A stretch of DNA of 64,000 bases from Longimicrobiales bacterium (GTDB lineage: Bacteria > Gemmatimonadota > Gemmatimonadetes > Longimicrobiales > Gaopeijiaceae), in contig OZ242008.1 in assembly GCA_965204735.1 (NCBI GenBank), forward strand, positions 832,001 through 896,000, given 5' to 3'. Below the pieces are notes generated by a model. It worked only from the letters and a program-made list of their open reading frames with translations. It was not told the origin of the DNA and ran no database searches. The translations under genes and the position numbers were made by a program. Below, piece by piece: positions 58,585-64,000 of this stretch (positions within the stretch are counted from its first letter, which is position 1; every line of letters begins with the position of its first letter).

Positions 58585-59285
58585 CGAAGAGCCGGCCGGC
58601 CGACAAGCCGGAAGGCGAGACGCGGCCGCGCTTCGTTCCCCTGTCGTCGTTCGCCGAGTACCCGGCGGAAGAAATGGAGAGGCGGGCGGTCCGCTTCCGA
58701 TCCCAGGCCGCTCGACGCCGGACGGTGAGGGAATACAGCGAGAGGCCGGTGCCCCGCAGCGTGGTGGAGGAGTGCATCCGGGCGGCGGGAACCGCGCCCA
58801 GCGGGGCGAACCATCAGCCCTGGCACTTCGTGGTCGTCACCGACCCTCGGACCAAGTCCCGCATCCGAGCGGCCGCCGAGGAAGAGGAACGCGCCTTCTA
58901 CAACGGCGGCGCGCCCCAGGAGTGGCTGGACGCGCTGGCGGCCCTGGGCACCGACGAGCACAAGCCCTTCCTGGAGGAAGCGCCCTGCCTGATCGCCGTC
59001 TTCGCCCAACGCTGGGAGCTGCGCCCGGACGGCGCCAAGGTCAAGAACTACTACGTTCAGGAGAGCGTCGGCATCGCCACTGGCATCCTCGTGACCGCCC
59101 TTCACCACGCGGGCTTGGCGACCCTGACCCACACGCCGTCGCCCATGAGCTTCCTCAACCGCATACTTGACCGGCCGGCGAACGAGCGGCCTTTTTTGCT
59201 GTTGGTCGTGGGCTACCCCGCCGAGGACGCCCAAGTGCCGGAGATTCGCAAGAAGCCGTTGGAGGCGATCGCCAGCTTTGTGTGA
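58581..59285 (+). CDS. nitroreductase-fold iodotyrosine (halotyrosine) dehalogenase-like flavoprotein
   Basis: [49 protein letters not shown]. Confidence 0.8.
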   Translation: MTKSRPADKPEGETRPRFVPLSSFAEYPAEEMERRAVRFRSQAARRRTVREYSERPVPRSVVEECIRAAGTAPSGANHQPWHFVVVTDPRTKSRIRAAAEEEERAFYNGGAPQEWLDALAALGTDEHKPFLEEAPCLIAVFAQRWELRPDGAKVKNYYVQESVGIATGILVTALHHAGLATLTHTPSPMSFLNRILDRPANERPFLLLVVGYPAEDAQVPEIRKKPLEAIASFV

Positions 59286-59378
59286 CGGCGCGCGTCGGCG
59301 CGCGACCGCCGAGTCCTCCGCGCCAGGCTGCCTCCTCCACGCCCGACGCGCCTTCCACACCTGAACGGAGCAAGGATC

Positions 59379-61292
59379 ATGGGCGTCGACTTGGTGCCCG
59401 AGCGGTCGCCGGAAGCGGTCCGCATCTTCACTCGCGCCCTCCTGCGGGACCTGCAGGCGCTCCAGCGCATCCTGGCCGACGGACTGATCGAGTCCGGCGT
59501 GCGGCGCTTCGGGGCCGAGCAGGAGATGTTCCTGGTGAACCAGGCCTGGCGCCCGGCCCCCGTCGCCGTGGAGGTCCTGGACGACCTGGACGACGAGCCC
59601 TTCACCACCGAGCTGGCCCGCTTCAACCTGGAGGCCAACTTGTCGCCCAGGGTGCTGGAGGGCACGTGCTTCTCCGCCATGCACGCGGAGCTGGACGCCC
59701 TCGTGGAGCGGGTGCGCGACGCGGCCAGGCGGCAGAAGGCCGAAGTCGTGCTCACCGGAATACTGCCCACGCTGGGCAAGTCGGACCTGTCGATCGAGAA
59801 CATCACCCCCCGGGCCCGCTACTACGCCCTCAACGAGACGATGCTGGCGGCGGGCGGCGGCGCCTTCCGGCTCCGCATCCGGGGCACCGACGAGCTCATG
59901 ATCGAGCACGACTCGGTGATGCTCGAATCCTGCAACACCAGCTGCCAGGTCCACTTGCAGGTGACGGCGGACGAGTTCGCCCACTTCTACAACGTGGCCC
60001 AGGCGGTGACCGGTCCGGTGCTGGCGGCGTCGGCGAACTCGCCGCTCCTCTTCGGGCGCCGGCTCTGGGCGGAGACGCGGATCGCGCTCTTCCAGCAGTC
60101 GCTGGACACCCGAGGCGCCGACCTCCACATGCGGGAGATGAGCCCTCGGGTCCGCTTCGGCGGCAGCTGGCTCAAGTCCGCGGTCACCGAGCTCTACCAG
60201 GACGACATCGCCACCTTTCGCGTGCTCCTCGCCCGGAAAGTGGACGAGGACCCGCTGGCGGTGCTGGACCAGGGCGGGGTCCCGGAGCTTCAGGCGCTCC
60301 AGCTGTACAACAGCACCGTCTACCGCTGGAACCGGCCCTGCTACGGCGTCGGCGGCGGCAAGCCCCATCTGCGGATCGAGTGCCGCGCCCTTCCGGCGGG
60401 ACCGACGACGCTGGACGAGATGGCCAACGCGGTGCTGTGGATCGGCGCGGTGCTGGGAATCGCCAAGTCCACCCCCGACTTCACCGAACGGATGGAGTTC
60501 GACGACGCCAAGGCCAACTTCCTGGCCGCGTCCCGCCTGGGACTGAACGCGGGGATGTCGTGGCTGGACGGCGAGAGCGCCCCGGCGAGCCGGATCATCC
60601 TGGAGCGGCTCCTGCCGGCGGCGGAAGAGGGGCTGGCGGCGTATCCGGTGGAGCCCGAAGAGGTGGAGAAGTACTTGGGCGTGGTCCGGCGGCGGGTCGA
60701 GGCGGGGGTCACGGGCGCCAGCTGGGCTCTGCGCTCGATGAGCAAGCTGAAGGGGGCGGGCACGAAGGGCGAGCAGCTGGCTGCGCTGACCGCGGCGACG
60801 GTCCGCCAGCAGGCCGAGGGGACGCCGGTGTCCGAGTGGGGGCCGGCGGAGCTCCACGAGGCCGGCGGGTGGAAGTACAACTACCTCCGCGTCGAGCAGT
60901 ACATGACCACGTCGCTGACGACGGTGAACCAGGACGAGCTGGTGGAGCTGGTGGCGTACCTGATGGACCTGCGCCAAGTCCGCCACGTCCTCATCGAGGA
61001 CAGGGACCACCGGCTCGTGGGGATCGTCTCCTACCGGTCCGTGCTGCGGCTGATGGCCGAGGGGCGCACCCAGGCCGAAGCCGACAGCACCCCGGTGAGC
61101 GCCGTGATGGAGCGGGACCCGGTGACGGTGGTGCCCGAGACGCCCACCCTGGAGGCGATCCGCAAGATGCGGAAGCACAAGGTGTCGGCGCTTCCCGTGG
61201 TGCGGGCCGGCCAGCTGGTGGGGTTGGTGAGCGAGACCGACTTCATGCCGATGGCCTACCAGCTGCTGGAAGACCGCCTCCAGGAAGAGTAG
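59379..61292 (+). CDS. glutamate-cysteine ligase (GCS2) family protein with C-terminal CBS pair
   Basis: GAEQEM, ELARFNLE, TSCQVHLQV, NSPLLFG, WNRPCY, RIECR; two CBS domains. Confidence 0.85.
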   Translation: MGVDLVPERSPEAVRIFTRALLRDLQALQRILADGLIESGVRRFGAEQEMFLVNQAWRPAPVAVEVLDDLDDEPFTTELARFNLEANLSPRVLEGTCFSAMHAELDALVERVRDAARRQKAEVVLTGILPTLGKSDLSIENITPRARYYALNETMLAAGGGAFRLRIRGTDELMIEHDSVMLESCNTSCQVHLQVTADEFAHFYNVAQAVTGPVLAASANSPLLFGRRLWAETRIALFQQSLDTRGADLHMREMSPRVRFGGSWLKSAVTELYQDDIATFRVLLARKVDEDPLAVLDQGGVPELQALQLYNSTVYRWNRPCYGVGGGKPHLRIECRALPAGPTTLDEMANAVLWIGAVLGIAKSTPDFTERMEFDDAKANFLAASRLGLNAGMSWLDGESAPASRIILERLLPAAEEGLAAYPVEPEEVEKYLGVVRRRVEAGVTGASWALRSMSKLKGAGTKGEQLAALTAATVRQQAEGTPVSEWGPAELHEAGGWKYNYLRVEQYMTTSLTTVNQDELVELVAYLMDLRQVRHVLIEDRDHRLVGIVSYRSVLRLMAEGRTQAEADSTPVSAVMERDPVTVVPETPTLEAIRKMRKHKVSALPVVRAGQLVGLVSETDFMPMAYQLLEDRLQEE

Positions 61293-61295
61293 GCG

Positions 61296-62528
61296 GTGTT
61301 CTTGGCGACGGGGCCGGTCGCGTGGGTTTCCGGGAGGTCGGACGGCCCGCTGCTCCTCTGCGTCGGGGGGCTCCACGGGAACGAGCCGGCGGGCGTGCTG
61401 GCGCTTGAAGAGGTGCTGGGCGGGCTGGAGGCGCGCCGGGACCGGATGCGGGGCGACTTCGTGGCCGTGGCCGGGAACTTGGGGGCGCTGGCGGCAGGGA
61501 GGCGGTTCGTGGCCTACGACCTGAACCGCGCATGGACGGCGGACCGGGTGGCGGAGCTGGGTGGCGGCGGTGGCGGCGAGCGCTCGGTGGCGGGTGCAAA
61601 GGTGCTGGAAGCGCACAACCGCGACGAGCGGGGCGCTTCGTCCAACGGGCAGGGGGCGGGGGAGGGGGGAGCCGCGGAGGACGCCGAGGTGCGGCGCCTG
61701 CTGGCCGTGCTGGCCGAAGTCGCGGAGCGGAGGCGGGGGCCGGTGTTCGTGCTGGACATCCACACGACTTCGGGCGGCGGGGGCGCGTTCACGACGACCT
61801 CGGACTACCTGGGCAACCGCCGCTTCGCCATGGAGATACCCGCGCCGCTGGTCCTGGGGCTGGACGAGGCGATCGAAGGCACGCTGATCGGCTACCTGGA
61901 CGACTTCGGCTACACGACGGCGGTCTTCGAGTGCGGGCAGCACGAGGAGGACGAGGCGGTCAGGCGGGCGGTGTCGGCAGTGTGGCTGGCGATCGGCGCT
62001 GCCGGCCTGCTGGAGGAGGACGACGCCCCCGAGGCCCGGGGCGGGCGGAAGGCGCTGCGCCGAGCGTTCCGAAGGCTCCCGCGAGTCCTCGAGGTCCGCT
62101 ACCGCCACCCCGCGGAGGACGAGGACGGCTACATGAGCAGGCCGGGCTTTCTCAACTTTCAGCCCGTGCGGGCCGGCGAAGTGCTGGGCGACGACCGGCG
62201 GGGTCGGGTGACGGCTCCGGAGAGCGGCCGCATCCTGATGCCGTTGTACCAGGAGCAGGGCGAAGACGCCTTCTTCGTGGTGCGTGCCTTTTCCCGGTTC
62301 TGGCTGTGGCTCTCCTGGGGATTGCGGCGGGCAGGGCTCGGAAGGCTGGCCCACTGGCTGCCGGGCGTCCGACGGGACCCGCGACGGCGCGGCGTGGTGG
62401 TGGTCGACCGGCGCGTGGCGCGTTGGGGAGCTCTGGGGGCGATGCGCCTGCTGGGCTACCGGCCCGAGTCCGACGACGGCGAGACGCTGGTGGCCACCGC
62501 GCTGGACCACGACCTGCGGGACCCGTAG
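61296..62528 (+). CDS. succinylglutamate desuccinylase/aspartoacylase (M14-like) family protein
   Basis: GLHGNE, DLNR, LDIHT, FECGQH. Confidence 0.85.
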   Translation: MFLATGPVAWVSGRSDGPLLLCVGGLHGNEPAGVLALEEVLGGLEARRDRMRGDFVAVAGNLGALAAGRRFVAYDLNRAWTADRVAELGGGGGGERSVAGAKVLEAHNRDERGASSNGQGAGEGGAAEDAEVRRLLAVLAEVAERRRGPVFVLDIHTTSGGGGAFTTTSDYLGNRRFAMEIPAPLVLGLDEAIEGTLIGYLDDFGYTTAVFECGQHEEDEAVRRAVSAVWLAIGAAGLLEEDDAPEARGGRKALRRAFRRLPRVLEVRYRHPAEDEDGYMSRPGFLNFQPVRAGEVLGDDRRGRVTAPESGRILMPLYQEQGEDAFFVVRAFSRFWLWLSWGLRRAGLGRLAHWLPGVRRDPRRRGVVVVDRRVARWGALGAMRLLGYRPESDDGETLVATALDHDLRDP

Positions 62529-62561
62529 GGGCAGACGGGCCAGCCCCCGCCGGCAGGTCTC

Positions 62562-63125
62562 TCATTCGTCTCGGCGGTCCCTCATGTAGGCGACCAGCAC
62601 CGGGACGGCGTGGCTCAGGTGGGAGCGGACGGTCGCGGGGGACACGCCCAGTTCGTCGGCGACCTCGTTGGTGGTCTTCTTCTCGACCAGCCGCAGCAGG
62701 ACCACCCTCCTCTGCTTGCGCGGCAGCGTTTCGACGGCTTCGTCGAAGGCAAGGCGCTGGTCTTCCTCGTCGGCCGCCGCCAGCGGGTCCGGATGTCGCA
62801 GCGAGGCCGCCTTGCAGTGGCGAAGTTCGTCGGCGTACCTCTCGGATGATTCGGCCTCTTTCCGTCGCTTCTTGTAGTCGTCCACGCACACGCTTCGAAT
62901 GAGCTTGTAGAACCAGCTTCTGAACGCCCCTCGGCTGCGGTATCCGGCAGCCGCGCGGCAGAGCCTTTCCCACGAAGCTTGGTGAAGGTCCGCGGCGTGG
63001 TCGGCGTCGACGGCGTACTGCCAGCAAACCTTGTAGACGAACGGAGACTCCTGGGCCACGAACTTGCTGGCGAAGCGCGGGTCGGACGAGAACCGCTCGG
63101 GGTCGAACTCCAAGCGAGAAGCCAA
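62562..63125 (-). CDS. ECF RNA polymerase sigma factor
   Basis: ADLHQ..FRSWFYKL..; region 4 LPRKQR..EVADELGVSPATVRSHL. Confidence 0.85.
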   Translation of the reverse strand: MASRLEFDPERFSSDPRFASKFVAQESPFVYKVCWQYAVDADHAADLHQASWERLCRAAAGYRSRGAFRSWFYKLIRSVCVDDYKKRRKEAESSERYADELRHCKAASLRHPDPLAAADEEDQRLAFDEAVETLPRKQRRVVLLRLVEKKTTNEVADELGVSPATVRSHLSHAVPVLVAYMRDRRDE

Positions 63126-63186
63126 GCGGCATCCTCCCGTCCGCGGGGATCAAGGGGCGGGCCAGCAGTGTCGAGCGGGCCAGCGG

Positions 63187-63654
63187 TCAAGGGGGCGAAG
63201 TGGCGAGCGTCGCGCCGACCTCCTGTCGCCAGTTTTGCTTCTGGAGCCAGCTTGCGGTCGCGCCGCCGGCAAGCGCGAAGAGCGCCAGCTCGATCATGGC
63301 CTCGGCGGGATGAACGGGCTTGGTCGCGAGAATTGCGGCCAGCGTCGCCGCAGCTCCCAGCGCTCCAGCGCACCACAGGTCGACGGGCCGAAGAGCCCTG
63401 TGCCGGGCCTCCGCCTCGTCGCGACGGGCGACGGCTCGGCGTCGCACCATTTCCTGAGCCCGGACGACCACTTGGTCTGGCACGGGCACTGGGCTCTCGG
63501 CCTGGAACGCGGTCCGCACCGACCGAACCAGTCGCAGGGCGTCGCCGCAGGTCGGGCATGTGTCCAAGTGCTCCTTCACCTCCGGTTCGACGGCGAGGCG
63601 AGATGTCGCGTCGTCGCCGAAGTCGATCAGCAAGTCGATCTCTGGACACTTCAC
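63187..63654 (-). CDS. zinc-binding (HxxxCxxC) anti-sigma factor with TM segments
   Basis: VKCP..EHLDTCPTC; C-terminal hydrophobic helices. Confidence 0.7.
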   Translation of the reverse strand: MKCPEIDLLIDFGDDATSRLAVEPEVKEHLDTCPTCGDALRLVRSVRTAFQAESPVPVPDQVVVRAQEMVRRRAVARRDEAEARHRALRPVDLWCAGALGAAATLAAILATKPVHPAEAMIELALFALAGGATASWLQKQNWRQEVGATLATSPP

Positions 63655-63691
63655 CGGACAGCTCCTCCTGTTGTCGGGCGACAACTCGACC

Positions 63692-63991
63692 CTACCGGGC
63701 GGCGTTTGCGTGCGCAAGGCGAGCCCACGTCCACAGCGCAACCGCTTCCGCCAGAGGCAAGGCAAGGGGACTCCAAGTGGCGAGCGTCCCCGACGTCGAC
63801 GTCCAGTCGCGGGCGTAGAAAGTGGTCCAGGCGAGCAGCGCCCAGAACGCAGTCCCGCCCAGCCAAGCTGCTCCCAGCCGAGCGTTCCGACGAACGGGCG
63901 GAGGCAGGCCGCTGGTGAGCTGTCCGCTCCACAGCCCAATGAGCGTGTTGACCACTGCGAAGGCGGCGAAGACGATCGGCGTGTGGAGCAT
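63692..63991 (-). CDS. small hypothetical membrane protein
   Basis: Three hydrophobic segments; co-directional with the anti-sigma and sigma genes. Confidence 0.45.
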   Translation of the reverse strand: MLHTPIVFAAFAVVNTLIGLWSGQLTSGLPPPVRRNARLGAAWLGGTAFWALLAWTTFYARDWTSTSGTLATWSPLALPLAEAVALWTWARLAHANAAR

Positions 63992-64000
63992 GACCCGGAG

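Overview
A GC-rich bacterial chromosomal segment with about 50 genes. The many signal-peptide peptidases, BNR and propeller proteins, the M56-TonB protein and the LysW-pathway genes suggest a Gemmatimonadota-like host (inference only). The backbone carries addB/addA, serine hydrolases, EamA transporters, pepX, lysZ/lysJ, nudC, a molybdoenzyme operon with SulP, manA, tRNA-Lys, tRNA-Arg, RNase P RNA, TerC, an iodotyrosine-dehalogenase-like nitroreductase, a GCS2-CBS ligase with an aspartoacylase-family partner, and an ECF sigma/anti-sigma pair. Five small, visibly less GC-rich, defence-like two-gene cassettes sit between the backbone genes: (1-2) two ABC-type ATPase + TOPRIM/DUF4276-like pairs; (3) a PLD nuclease + BREX type 3 PglXI-like methyltransferase pair next to an IS1380 relic, the best candidate for an undescribed system; (4) a type II R-M-like pair whose methyltransferase is split by an ISL3 (8-bp TSD), which itself carries an internally deleted IS1202/ISNCY-type element (17-bp TSD) at its terminal repeat; (5) a PD-(D/E)XK + hypothetical pair. 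Three unrelated gene 3' ends carry direct duplications with a 73-75 bp period. No CRISPR array or prophage was seen. All family calls come from motif recognition by eye; no searches were run.
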